Positions 26,801 to 36,368 are shown, numbered from the stretch's first letter. The stretch is 64,000 nucleotides of DNA from Promethearchaeota archaeon (GCA_019058445.1 JAHPZA010000006.1:1132943-1196942); one strand, 5' to 3'. Numbers and translations are program-made. Notes: generated by a model not told the origin, from the letters alone.

Positions 26801-27740
26801 ATTTAAAATCATTATTATTAGCTAAATAGGTACTAATAGTTGGCGGTAATTGGAGATAACGACTTTGAATCGCTGAAGGAGTAAATTGCGCGTTAACTGC
26901 AGTGTTATTAATATCATCATTCGTAGGTAAATTATCTCCAAATAGATCGCACGTGAGATTTACATCATTATCACTCGTAAATCGCAAGTCCGCAGTCGTG
27001 CATCCTAATTCATCCTTATAGAGAAGAGTCTCATCTTCTTCTAGGTTTGGGGCATCAATACTTTCTTCTATTATATATGGTTCTGGAAAGAATGATGCTA
27101 GAACTAATGAATTCGTACCTAAATTAGGAGAAAGAGGGCGCTTTATGCGAATTAAATCTAGATAGGAGTATGTCGAATAATAATCGTCATAGTCATAAAA
27201 ATTATTGAGTGTTTTCAATGCGTTAGACTCCCAGCCATCTCCGGTAAACTCATCAAAACACTCGTATTTCCATAATATATCCTCTCTATCTAAAACCGGA
27301 TTATCATAATCATAAACTCGAAAAACTTCCTGTTCTGAGGCACCTAAAAATACAAGGGCTGCAATTAAAATTTGGTAATCGGATAAATCCAAGTCATCTA
27401 TATTTCCATCATACATCTCCTCTATAGTATCGCCTAATAACTCCTCAAGTTCTTCCTCGGTGAGATCTAATTCCTCTGCTAATTCTGTGAGATTTATATC
27501 TAAATCATCAATAAGATCTTCAATATCCCAAGGTGGCGGAATAGAAACTAAGGTAGCATCTTCTCTATCAGCATCCTCTAACTTTTCACTAGGATCCCTC
27601 CTCTGAGTCCCTAATATTGAAGCGTAAATGAAAGTAGAAAAAGCAAAAAGAGTAATTAATAAACTAGCTACCACTATAACCTTAATAACGCTTTTCTTAG
27701 TAATTCTAGGGGCTAATAAATCCTCTTCAATTACAGACAT
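23889..27740 (-). CDS. Transglutaminase-like (TgpA-type) surface protein with Ig-like repeats; catalytic residues substituted
   Basis: EGLWSEFASAFCAFTRAFGVASRFVDGF, YNWAEIY, WVQMD; then repeats with TDxxG and RVDFNGT. Confidence 0.85.
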   Translation of the reverse strand: MSVIEEDLLAPRITKKSVIKVIVVASLLITLFAFSTFIYASILGTQRRDPSEKLEDADREDATLVSIPPPWDIEDLIDDLDINLTELAEELDLTEEELEELLGDTIEEMYDGNIDDLDLSDYQILIAALVFLGASEQEVFRVYDYDNPVLDREDILWKYECFDEFTGDGWESNALKTLNNFYDYDDYYSTYSYLDLIRIKRPLSPNLGTNSLVLASFFPEPYIIEESIDAPNLEEDETLLYKDELGCTTADLRFTSDNDVNLTCDLFGDNLPTNDDINNTAVNAQFTPSAIQSRYLQLPPTISTYLANNNDFKFHYDILDLLIDQDVDSAFVVANIIRNYLQSNFDVDYYELLNDPPDEGEDQVEWFCEKEEGLWSEFASAFCAFTRAFGVASRFVDGFNSRNITQFFDTEEGKNTYAIKYKNIYNWAEIYVPTGPGVGRWVQMDILYDSYGIGGNPLIYYNITVESDFETYNRFSQANITATLSSATASISGKEISFYDETDPTISLPSATTDYNGKASILIPIDIAQVVGPHTIEARYAAVSNTTQYAVLAPIEVNLHSLDPPTVNLSESVHTTNIVGNVSDPVNGKGVRDSIITFLLFEKGTDTFIPAPFNPPGAITNDNGEFDLNLDVDQDIPIGEYYVRVDFNGTWYNYPFVLNNINDSSNTLDLNITKEVTYELRFSINEHPTKFPDFPNPSTLININRGQILNISTVVYDPAISSFVPGQVVDFYDYTNGDLFIGSAITDSKGNASILYTTGMTNKTGPTLVYAQVGNVRNYSYYVLNEPIHVNLISGPTPLTINIQTGGSDPFNIQGTITDEVGNPIGYAEVRLKLFRSGFDYSGYLNPQQSYPFVTGPDGSFNLDFEVDETTPIGNYSLRFDFNGTFDFTYDLNNDYPFTFDLPSFSNSSQFQNELEVIDLNAIEIYLAVDGDPTRVLYDELNPPGRYKLGENATFQVTIIQSGGNPLSGTRVRIIDVYDANVVLDERQYDGSFNFVEFNISIAQFTFAGIHKINIRFYDQFDQPYPTINSTFIIINETVSFYPDPLVSPNIIQRNDGSLTISGYVEENGRPMRGLLVRLLLYDKNYNNVSQYLIGGNIYALTSASGYYLFNINYINITCPQGLYYIRVDFNGTIQLSEVPGIDLIPNYMVSSSSNYIGLNVTAGTNMAQIDYYTNTEQMYPSIPLLSKIWVENDVLHVIGELYWDNLTLMAGMKVNITIQYALNGTIIAYNDTVITDASGEFHGLLLINENWPNLRIATQIIVYFEPEDNNLEYVESSNISFV

Positions 27741-27948
27741 GAATATTAAAAAATATTGAATCGAATACTTTTAAAATCAAATTTAGAATATTAAAAATAA
27801 AAGTGATATTTATAATTATTTTTTTCTATTCGAATAGAATTTTAAAAAATCAACGGGTTTATACTTATTTTTTTTTATTATAGAGCTCATAATTTTTCAG
27901 AGAAAAATAAAAAAGCAAGTGAGTTTAAAAAAAGAGAGTAGATATCTA

Positions 27949-28872
27949 TTAAAACTCATATCCACATTTTGTGCAAACTTTCTTTTTAGCGTAGATGGGC
28001 TTAGGAATATAGGAGACGATTTTACTTCTATCCTCGACTTCTTTTATAGCAAATCCAGAAGCCCCACAATTCGGGCACACTCTTCGATCAGTAGATGCCC
28101 CGGGACTAGGAGCTGTTGTGTCAAAACTTGTTGCTGAAGGAGTACCAAATGAGGTAGGTTCTCCAAAACTCGGGGCTTGAGAACTGACTCCTTGTTGAGC
28201 TAGCGTGGAAGGCATCACTGCTTTAGGTTCTTTTAATTCTTGGATACGTCTATCCTTATATGAAAGCTCTTCTTGTAATTGAGCTATTTTTTGTTGCAAG
28301 GGAGTTAATTGTTGTTGGAGTGCCATATTTTGTTGTTGAACTTGTTGAAATTCCCGTTCCATTTGTTGAACTTGTTGTGTTAATGATAGGGTTTGACTTT
28401 CTAATTGAGTTTTTTCATTGGTTAATTGATTAATTTGATTCTGATAACCTTCAGTGGAGGATTTAAGAGATATTAATTGACTATTTAACTGATTGATCTG
28501 ATTATCTTTTTCTAATAAAAGATTGTTTAAATTTGAAGATTGAGCATTAAATTCACTAAGCTGTTTTTTTAATTGATTAATTTCTCTATCTTTCTCCTCT
28601 AATTGATATATAGTAGCATCAACCGCTCCTTGTGAAGGGACACTAGGAATAGAGGGTGTAGGCTGAGGTGGTGGGGCGGGTGCTGGAGAAGTGGGTGGCA
28701 TTGATGGTGTGGGTATAGAAGGTGGAGGAACTGAAGGAGGCGGAGTCGAAGGTGGTGGCATCGAAGGCGGGGGAGTTGTAGGGGGAGTTACCGAAGGGAG
28801 CGGCATCGTAGGTGGTGGTGTTATGGGGGGGATTTTATCTTCCTCTTTCTTTTTTTCATTTTCTTCTGACAT
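27949..28872 (-). CDS. Proline-rich / coiled-coil / C-terminal Zn-ribbon protein
   Basis: Repeated PPPS/T pentads, Gln-rich heptads, CPNCG...CTKCG. Confidence 0.85.
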   Translation of the reverse strand: MSEENEKKKEEDKIPPITPPPTMPLPSVTPPTTPPPSMPPPSTPPPSVPPPSIPTPSMPPTSPAPAPPPQPTPSIPSVPSQGAVDATIYQLEEKDREINQLKKQLSEFNAQSSNLNNLLLEKDNQINQLNSQLISLKSSTEGYQNQINQLTNEKTQLESQTLSLTQQVQQMEREFQQVQQQNMALQQQLTPLQQKIAQLQEELSYKDRRIQELKEPKAVMPSTLAQQGVSSQAPSFGEPTSFGTPSATSFDTTAPSPGASTDRRVCPNCGASGFAIKEVEDRSKIVSYIPKPIYAKKKVCTKCGYEF

Positions 28873-29004
28873 TTTATTTTCCTACTATGATTAAATTGAA
28901 TTTTGAAATTATTATTTTACAATACGTATAATAAAAATATCATACATTTAGCTTATAAAATTATGGTACAAAACCAAGTATTAAAGTATTATGATTTTGG
29001 TTTT

Positions 29005-30099
29005 TTAAAAGCACTTCCAATAAGGAGTCAATTTTTCTTTTAACGCAGGGACAAGTTTAGTGTTTATATAATTTAGAAGGTCGTCCTCTGAAATTCTTGG
29101 TTTTTCTTCAATTAATTTTTCATCTTCATTGTTCAAAACTCTTAAGCAGTTATACACAGCCTTAGCTTGCTTATCTACTTGGTAACCCCCTTCTAAAGTT
29201 ATTAATATCCTATCATTCGCATATTCCTTAGCTTTTTCTCTAATCTTCTTCAAATAATTCGCGGGAGCTTGATAGGTCCAACCCATATACGTTAATTGAT
29301 CAGTGTGGTGGGTGTCAAAACCTGCAGAAATAAGAATAAATTCCGGTTTAAATTCATCTAATAGAGGTGAGATGATTTCATCAAAATATATTTCTATTAC
29401 ATCATCAGCAGCCCTCGGAGGCATTGGAAAATTAATAATTTTACCCACTCCCTTACCCGATCCTATTTCACCAATAAAACCACTTCCAGGATAGAGTGTT
29501 CTACCATCTTGATGGGAATTAAACATGACTAATTCCCCATGTTCTGATTTAGAGCCATTAAAGAAAATATCTTGTGTCCCGTTTCCATGGTGACAGTCCC
29601 AGTCGATTATAGCGACTCGCTGGAAATTTTTCTCTCTAAATAAATATTCAGCAGCAATAGCCACATTATTAAATATGCAGAATCCAGAACATTTATAAGA
29701 ATTAGAATGGTGGCCAGGAGGACGTACAGCTGCAAATGCGTTTTTAATGGTTCCATTTAAAATTTGGTCAATAGCTTCTAGATTTCCGCCAACAGAATAT
29801 AAAGAAGCCTCGTAGGTTTTTCCGGATACCGATGTGTCCATATCGAGGTTCTGAATATATCCAGTTTTTTCAGCTAATTCGCTCACTTCTTTAACTTCTT
29901 TGATTAAACTCTCTTCATGTACATATTTGATTTGATCTATTGTCGCTTTACGAGGCTCAATAATTTTAAAATTTGGATCGTCAAGAACTCCATTTTCCTT
30001 TAAAAAATCCATGATTGCGATTAATCTGGTATGAGATTCAACATGCGTGCCGATTTTGTGTTCCAAAAATATTGGACTGTATACAATTCCAGTGGTCAT
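29005..30099 (-). CDS. Histone deacetylase / AcuC-family Zn-dependent deacetylase
   Basis: RPPGHH, GFCIFNN, DWDCHHGNGTQ, YPGSG, SAGFD, LEGGY. Confidence 0.95.
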   Translation of the reverse strand: MTTGIVYSPIFLEHKIGTHVESHTRLIAIMDFLKENGVLDDPNFKIIEPRKATIDQIKYVHEESLIKEVKEVSELAEKTGYIQNLDMDTSVSGKTYEASLYSVGGNLEAIDQILNGTIKNAFAAVRPPGHHSNSYKCSGFCIFNNVAIAAEYLFREKNFQRVAIIDWDCHHGNGTQDIFFNGSKSEHGELVMFNSHQDGRTLYPGSGFIGEIGSGKGVGKIINFPMPPRAADDVIEIYFDEIISPLLDEFKPEFILISAGFDTHHTDQLTYMGWTYQAPANYLKKIREKAKEYANDRILITLEGGYQVDKQAKAVYNCLRVLNNEDEKLIEEKPRISEDDLLNYINTKLVPALKEKLTPYWKCF

Positions 30100-30259
30100 A
30101 TTAATCAGCTATATAGGTGTAAAAAAATATAATAAATAGATATTGGTTTAAATTTATTAATAATTTTCCTTAATAGTATACTTCAAGAATTAAATGAAAA
30201 TATGCTAACTTCATATTCTTTTGGAATAGTGTCTGGCATAATGATTCTAATTATTTAAA

Positions 30260-30544
30260 ATGATATTTTATGGTTTTTTGTCTAATAAAAAAAATAGATT
30301 ATTATTAATATACTTAATATCTCAATATGTTTTTATAAATAAAAAATTACCAAAACCAATTGAATTTCTTTCAGAATTGATATATTTAGATCTATCTAAT
30401 ACTAATATCAAGCGATTCCCAATTGTCATTACTAAACTTAAAAATCTTAAAGAAATTCATGTTAATAGTGACTTTCCGCTTGGATCTGTTCCACAATCAA
30501 TTAAAAACATCGTTATTCGAAAAAAATCAATGGAACTAGAGTAA
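30260..30544 (+). pseudogene. Leucine-rich-repeat gene remnant or mini-LRR protein
   Basis: LPKPIEFLSELIYLDLSNTNIKRFPIVITKLKNLKEIHV is about 2 LRR units; the N-terminal part is AT-rich and non-LRR. Confidence 0.55.
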
Positions 30545-30640
30545 ATTTAATAATTTTAGATTTAATTATTTTAATATTTATCCATTTTTATTTTACATTG
30601 AAGATATATTTAATTAATAATAAAAAAAGTAAATTATAGT

Positions 30641-31156
30641 ATGCACTATAAAATCAAAGTAATAATTATCGGGGAGGCGGGAGTTGGCAAGACGAGTTTA
30701 GTGAAAAAATTTATATCTGGCCAATTCTCTAGTGATTATCGTGCGAGTATCGGTACTAATATGTTTATAAAAGACATTGAATTTGAATCTAAAGATAAAA
30801 TAGACAGAATATCAATTCAGTTGTGGGATATTGCCGGTCAAGAGCGTTGGATAAAAATGAGAAGTATGTATTATGCTGGCAGTCAAGCTGCTTTACTTGT
30901 AGGAGATTTAAGTAGGAAGAGGACCTTCGAGCAGATTGAGAAATTCTGGCATCCAGATCTAATAGATCACTGTGGACATATCCCTTTTATCTTAATTGCA
31001 AATAAAAGTGATGTTAACCATGAGATCTCTGAAGAGGAAGTAAAATTATTAGGAAAGGAATTAGCTGCAATATCTGTTTTATCCACATCAGCCAAAACTG
31101 GGGAAAACGTAGAAAAAGCGTTTAAAACTATATCTAAACAAATAATTCAACTTTAA
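30641..31156 (+). CDS. Rab-like small GTPase
   Basis: GEAGVGKTS, YRASIG, WDIAGQE, NKSD, TSAKTG; no prenylation Cys tail. Confidence 0.95.
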   Translation: MHYKIKVIIIGEAGVGKTSLVKKFISGQFSSDYRASIGTNMFIKDIEFESKDKIDRISIQLWDIAGQERWIKMRSMYYAGSQAALLVGDLSRKRTFEQIEKFWHPDLIDHCGHIPFILIANKSDVNHEISEEEVKLLGKELAAISVLSTSAKTGENVEKAFKTISKQIIQL

Positions 31157-31265
31157 GAAACATTGAAATTTTCTCTACTTTATTTTATAAAAATTAATAA
31201 TAAATCTTTTTGAGGTTCCTTTATTTATCTAATAAAGAATTGTTTCAGTAGGTTGTTAAAGATAC

Positions 31266-33134
31266 ATGAATTCAAACTCTAAAAAGCAATATTATGGCTT
31301 TACAGGGAAATTACTCAAAGTTGACCTAACGAGCAAAATCATATCAACAGAAGCGTTAAATCCTCACTATTCAGAGAATTTTTTAGGTGGAGCGGGGTAT
31401 GCTTGTAGATATTTATTTGATTATATAAATAGAGATACGGACCCATTATCTGCTGATAATATTATTATGATAATGAATGGGCCCTTATGTCTCACAAGTG
31501 CACCCTCTTTTGGGAGAATGGTTGTTTGTTCGAAATCACCTTATACTGGAATTTGGGGTGAAGGAAATGCGGGCGGTTTTTTTGGGCCAGAAATGAAGAG
31601 AGCTGGGTATGATGGAATAATTATCACTGGTAAAGCTGAGAAACCTGTATATTTAAGAATTTTTAATGAAAACTCCGAGATTGTAGATGCTTCTGAACTA
31701 TGGGGTAAAGGTGTAAAAAAAACCAGTGAGTTATTAAAAAAGTTTGCCGGCGATCCTAAATCAAGGGTAATTTGTATTGGACAAGCCGGGGAAAATTTAG
31801 TGAAATATGCAAATATATGTACTGAAGGCAGAGCTGCTGGTCGTACCGGAATGGGCGCTGTAATGGGTTCTAAAAATCTAAAAGGAATCGTGATAAGAGG
31901 AAAATCTTTTAAACCAGGGGTAGCAAATCCCGAAAAATTCAATGAAATAGCAAAAAAAACTTCGAGATTTATACAATCTACTATGGCTACCAAAGGATTG
32001 AGAGAATATGGGACAAGTGCGGCTGTAGTGCCATTTCATTCAATAGGCGATTTACCCATGAAATATTGGTCTCTAGGTGAATGGGATGATGTATTTAAGT
32101 TAGCAGGTGAGAAGTTAAAGGAAGAATACTATATTAAGAATAAATCCTGCTATGGTTGCGGAATTGCATGCGGAAAATTGATAAAAATAAATAATAGGGA
32201 GATACAAGTAGAAGAAACTGAAATGCCTGAATATGAAACTATTGCTGGATTCGGTTCATTGATATTAAATAGCAACTTGGAATCAATAGCCATAGCAAAT
32301 CACTTGTGCAATGATTATGGAATGGACACTATTAGTTGCAGTAGTGTGATTGCTTTAATGTATGATTTATTTAATAAAGGTAAAATTGATAAGAAAGATG
32401 TTGATGGATTTAAATTAAACTGGGGAAATTATGATTCAATGTTGAAATTAATTAAGAAAATAACGTTTCGGGAGGGGATCGGAGATCTGTTAGCTGAGGG
32501 ATCTACTGCAGTTGGAGAAAAATTTAAAATTTCCTCAGACGAGATAGCAGCAGTAAATAAATTAGATGTACCTTATCATGATATTAGGTCCTGCTACGGG
32601 TTGGCTCTTACTTACGCATTTGCACCGCGAGGTGCTTGCCATACCTCGGGAGATGTATTTAAAGTTTTAAGAGAAACAAATGAAGTTGATTTATCTTCTT
32701 TAGATATTCATAAAATGGATTTGTTTTCAAGCAACAAAAAAATGGCAAAATCTAGCATGTTATTACATGATTATCGCGCATTATATTCCAGTTTGATTTC
32801 ATGTTTCTTTTCCAATCCTCCCCCTACATACATGGCAGAACTTATTAAAACTTTGTTTGGGATTGAGTTCGACACAGACCAGATGAAAATCCTCGGAGAG
32901 CGAATTTTTAATATGAAACGATTGTTCAACATAAAAATGGGTTTAACTTCTGAAAATGATGTGATTCCTAAAATGCTCTTAAATCCAATAAAAAAGGGAG
33001 CGGTGAAAGGAAAAACACCTGATTTCGAGAGATTAAAAGCATATTACTATCAAATTCGGGATTGGGATCCTATAACTGGTAAGCCTTCTTTAAAGAAATT
33101 ACGTGAGTTGGGATTAGATGATTTAAAAATATAA
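31266..33134 (+). CDS. aor: Tungsten aldehyde:ferredoxin oxidoreductase
   Basis: KSPYTG, AAGRTGMGAVMGSKNLK, CYGCGIAC, EYET, DYGMDTIS, RGACH. Confidence 0.93.
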   Translation: MNSNSKKQYYGFTGKLLKVDLTSKIISTEALNPHYSENFLGGAGYACRYLFDYINRDTDPLSADNIIMIMNGPLCLTSAPSFGRMVVCSKSPYTGIWGEGNAGGFFGPEMKRAGYDGIIITGKAEKPVYLRIFNENSEIVDASELWGKGVKKTSELLKKFAGDPKSRVICIGQAGENLVKYANICTEGRAAGRTGMGAVMGSKNLKGIVIRGKSFKPGVANPEKFNEIAKKTSRFIQSTMATKGLREYGTSAAVVPFHSIGDLPMKYWSLGEWDDVFKLAGEKLKEEYYIKNKSCYGCGIACGKLIKINNREIQVEETEMPEYETIAGFGSLILNSNLESIAIANHLCNDYGMDTISCSSVIALMYDLFNKGKIDKKDVDGFKLNWGNYDSMLKLIKKITFREGIGDLLAEGSTAVGEKFKISSDEIAAVNKLDVPYHDIRSCYGLALTYAFAPRGACHTSGDVFKVLRETNEVDLSSLDIHKMDLFSSNKKMAKSSMLLHDYRALYSSLISCFFSNPPPTYMAELIKTLFGIEFDTDQMKILGERIFNMKRLFNIKMGLTSENDVIPKMLLNPIKKGAVKGKTPDFERLKAYYYQIRDWDPITGKPSLKKLRELGLDDLKI

Positions 33135-33224
33135 ATTTAATTTTTATATAATTTAATAACATTATTTTTAATATAGAGATTGATTAAGAGTTATAAAAAT
33201 CAGTAACTATAGTGAAAATTAAAT

Positions 33225-33935
33225 ATGATGAGCTCAAGAGAGGAAGAACACATTGTTGGAGGGGGAAAGATACGTTCAATTATTCTTGGATTGAATGATG
33301 GACTGATCTCAACGTTTACGTTATTAGTCGGGGTCGCGGCTGCAACTCTTGCGACAGAAGGAAATGTTATAGTAATTTTAACGGGTATTGCTGCAATGGT
33401 GTCTGGTGCGATAAGCATGGGTCTTGGAGAATATATCTCATCAAAATCCGAATATAATTATATTAAGAGTGAAATAAAAAAAGAGGAAGCAGAAATAGAA
33501 CTATTTCCAGAAGAAGAAAAACAGGAAGTGTATGATATTATTGAAAAAATGGGGATAAAGGGAGATGTTGCAAATGCGTGTGTTAACTCGATTACTTCCA
33601 ACAAGGAAGTATGGTTAAATTTCTTAATAGGGAACGAATTGGGTTTGGATGAGCCTGAGAATCCTACTTTAGGAGCACTTTTAACTTTTATTGCGTTCGT
33701 GGTGGGATCATTTATACCCCTTTCACCATATTTTCTTAATTTGGGTTTTATATCTTTAATTATATCTACTGTTCTTTCTTTTTGCATGCTTGGTATTGTC
33801 GGTACTGCTAAGACAAAAATAACGGGAGAGCGAAAATTAAAAGGCGCTATAGAAATGTTAATTATTGGCGGTGTAGCTTTTGTATGTTCATATGGAATAG
33901 GACTATGGCTTGAACAATTTATTACGACTCTTTAA
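33225..33935 (+). CDS. VIT1/CCC1 iron/manganese transporter
   Basis: LGLNDGL, SMGLGEYIS, Glu-rich metal-binding loop, GSFIPLSPY. Confidence 0.93.
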   Translation: MMSSREEEHIVGGGKIRSIILGLNDGLISTFTLLVGVAAATLATEGNVIVILTGIAAMVSGAISMGLGEYISSKSEYNYIKSEIKKEEAEIELFPEEEKQEVYDIIEKMGIKGDVANACVNSITSNKEVWLNFLIGNELGLDEPENPTLGALLTFIAFVVGSFIPLSPYFLNLGFISLIISTVLSFCMLGIVGTAKTKITGERKLKGAIEMLIIGGVAFVCSYGIGLWLEQFITTL

Positions 33936-33942
33936 CCGCATA

Positions 33943-34785
33943 TTATATAGGAATTACATCAATAATTCCTTCACTATGAATGACCCCGACCACAGCAGAA
34001 ACTTTTTTAGAATAGGATTGAGAAGAAAAAATACTGATTAATTTTTCATCAAAATAAGATTTATATCCATTTTTAAATTTTTCATGCGAGCGAATGATGC
34101 CTTTTATTTGATTTCTTTCAATAAAATCTTCAAATACTTCCCTACCAAACTGTTTAATTCCTGGACCTCTTGAACTTTGTTTAAATTTTTTAGAATTCTC
34201 TTTAGGATCATTCCAAACTAATTGTTTAGTGATAGGATCTGAGATTTCTTCTTGGTTTGTAGGCAATAAATTGATATCTCTAATTTCTTCTAAACCATCA
34301 GGAATACCCCCGTGAACACAAAAAATTCTATTCCACGTAATAGCAGCTAACGGAAGATGAGAAAAAGCGTGATTATAATCTCTGAACATTTCTCTGCTTT
34401 TTCTAAATTTCAATCTTACTTCATCATAAAAGCCATATTGTCTATTAATTATAGGATCTTCATGATTTCCTCTAATTAAAACAATTCTGTCAGGCATTAG
34501 TTTTTTGTAATAAAATAAAACATTTATTACTTCTACTTGTTTAGCACCTCTATCAACATAATCCCCCAGAAATATCAGAGTTTTAAACTCCTCTCTAAAG
34601 AATACATTTATTATTCTATGTAAGGTTTCTAGATCCCCGTGTAAATCTCCGACTACCATGGTTTTTCCTTTTGGAACAATTATTAGATTTTTTTCTGTTT
34701 CTAATATTTTTTCTACGTCTCTTATGAGAGTTTTGACGTTTTGTTCCGTGTAATTTTGAATAACGTTGAAAAACCGAGCTGGCAT
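33943..34785 (-). CDS. PPP-family Ser/Thr protein phosphatase (PP1/PP2A-like)
   Basis: GDLHG, GDYVDRG, RGNHE, HGG, WNDP, RG.G..FG, RSHE, SIFSSQSY. Confidence 0.95.
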   Translation of the reverse strand: MPARFFNVIQNYTEQNVKTLIRDVEKILETEKNLIIVPKGKTMVVGDLHGDLETLHRIINVFFREEFKTLIFLGDYVDRGAKQVEVINVLFYYKKLMPDRIVLIRGNHEDPIINRQYGFYDEVRLKFRKSREMFRDYNHAFSHLPLAAITWNRIFCVHGGIPDGLEEIRDINLLPTNQEEISDPITKQLVWNDPKENSKKFKQSSRGPGIKQFGREVFEDFIERNQIKGIIRSHEKFKNGYKSYFDEKLISIFSSQSYSKKVSAVVGVIHSEGIIDVIPI

Positions 34786-34887
34786 GTCAGATTTATTTTA
34801 ATAAAAGTAATGATTTTAAGTAAAGTAAAGGTAAATAATTATTTAAGATTATTTTTAAAAGTCTTGAATTATGGCAAATATAAGGAG

Positions 34888-35706
34888 ATGCTTGAAGAAA
34901 ATCTTGAAATTATGAGGAAAATTTTTAATTGGCTTGAGATTGAGGAGCATTCTGAATTAGAGATAAAACAAATGGCTGATAAGTTAGAAGTCCCCTTAGA
35001 GGATAAATTTTTAATGAATTGTTCGTGGAGCTACTTTAAAAAGTGTACCGTAGCGAATTTAGGTAATGAACCGTTGCTCTTTTTTAAATATGTACGGGAA
35101 CATTATATTGAGGAAATCTTAGGATTACATCTTACGAAGTATTTTTTTGATCCCGAGCTTTGCTTTCAGAATTTTTTAACAGGTATTCAATATAAAAAAA
35201 AGAAAAAGAAGAAAGGAATTCCATATATTACCACCACATATGAAAGAGGTGACAATATAGGACATAAAAAATACAAGATTTCTGATTTTAAATTTCAATT
35301 AGGGAGGCACTGCTATTTGCATGAAATTTTAAGTTTGTATGATGTTTTTGATCGCCACTTCATTGTAAGAGATGATGGTTCCCTTTGTCGAATCGATTTC
35401 GGGAGGTGCTTTGAAAATCTTGATAAAAAATATCTAGGATTCCATGATTATATGAAGAGTAAACGTTTAGATTTTTATGATGCGGAATTTCAAGAGGGCT
35501 ATAATTATGAAAAGGAAAAAATTAGGAATAATCTGGAAGATAAGAGAGAAAAATTGGTAGAAATCATTAGAAGTATTAGATCTTTAGAAAAAGATTATGA
35601 TTTAATCACGATAGATCTTAAGCGACTTTGCGATAAGCTACTGGGCTATTGGAAGAGAACTAATTTTTTAGAAGATATAAAAATTGCAGAGTTCGAATGG
35701 ATATAG
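34888..35706 (+). CDS. Atypical kinase-like protein (PI3K/PI4K-HipA-like catalytic loop)
   Basis: Likely start ATG 34888, since the longer ORF overlaps the phosphatase. LFFK..EH..EE.LG (Lys/Glu pair) and DVFDRHFIVRDDGSLCRIDFGRCF. Confidence 0.6.
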   Translation: MLEENLEIMRKIFNWLEIEEHSELEIKQMADKLEVPLEDKFLMNCSWSYFKKCTVANLGNEPLLFFKYVREHYIEEILGLHLTKYFFDPELCFQNFLTGIQYKKKKKKKGIPYITTTYERGDNIGHKKYKISDFKFQLGRHCYLHEILSLYDVFDRHFIVRDDGSLCRIDFGRCFENLDKKYLGFHDYMKSKRLDFYDAEFQEGYNYEKEKIRNNLEDKREKLVEIIRSIRSLEKDYDLITIDLKRLCDKLLGYWKRTNFLEDIKIAEFEWI

Positions 35707-35730
35707 GTTATCAAAAAAAATAGTAAGCGA

Positions 35731-36297
35731 TTAGACTTTTATAAAAAACTGTTTATCGTGTTCACAATTAGGGCATACATTCGGTGCTTCTCCTAATTCA
35801 ACGTTTCCACAAATCTTACACACAAAAATCTCAACAGGGTCGAAAGATTCATTATTATCTAGTTGTTTTAAATATTTTATGTATAATTTACTATGAACTT
35901 TTTCTGCTCTTCGTGCTAAATTAAATGTAAATTCGGCTAAATAAGTATGCTCTTTTTTGGCATTTTTAATAAAACCTTTATACATTTTTTTGAATTCAAA
36001 AGTCTCCCCTGCAATTGCTTGGATTAGGTTATTACGGGTATTCGAAACTTGTTGTTTGATTTCTTGTTCGTTTAGTTTAAAAATTTGATTTAAATCAACT
36101 TGGGAATTTGTAATTTTTGATAATGCTTTTATATGATTCTTAATATGAAATCCTTCAGCTAAAGCCACTGCTTTGAATAAATGCGCTATTTCAGGGTGAT
36201 TTTCCTCAGTGGCTTTTTCTGCAAATAACTCATATTTTTTTCTTGCAGTACTCTCTCCCACAATAGCCTCTTTTAAATTATCTTCTATTGTTATCAT
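35731..36297 (-). CDS. Rubrerythrin-family protein
   Basis: GESTA, AEGFH, GETFE, AEKVH diiron motifs; CKICG...CPNC rubredoxin-like tail. Confidence 0.93.
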   Translation of the reverse strand: MITIEDNLKEAIVGESTARKKYELFAEKATEENHPEIAHLFKAVALAEGFHIKNHIKALSKITNSQVDLNQIFKLNEQEIKQQVSNTRNNLIQAIAGETFEFKKMYKGFIKNAKKEHTYLAEFTFNLARRAEKVHSKLYIKYLKQLDNNESFDPVEIFVCKICGNVELGEAPNVCPNCEHDKQFFIKV

Positions 36298-36368
36298 GAC
36301 TATTCACTTATAATATTAAAAAATAAATTGCATTTTTTATATTAAATTATCAAATTGAAAAAATCATA

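Noticed and set aside
28691-28894. Gly-rich 67-aa plus-strand ORF
   Set aside because: It is the antisense reading of the polyproline tract.
30260-31156. Split Roco (LRR-Roc-COR) gene
   Set aside because: The GTPase is a complete stand-alone Rab-like protein with no COR domain, and the LRR piece is short and separately terminated.
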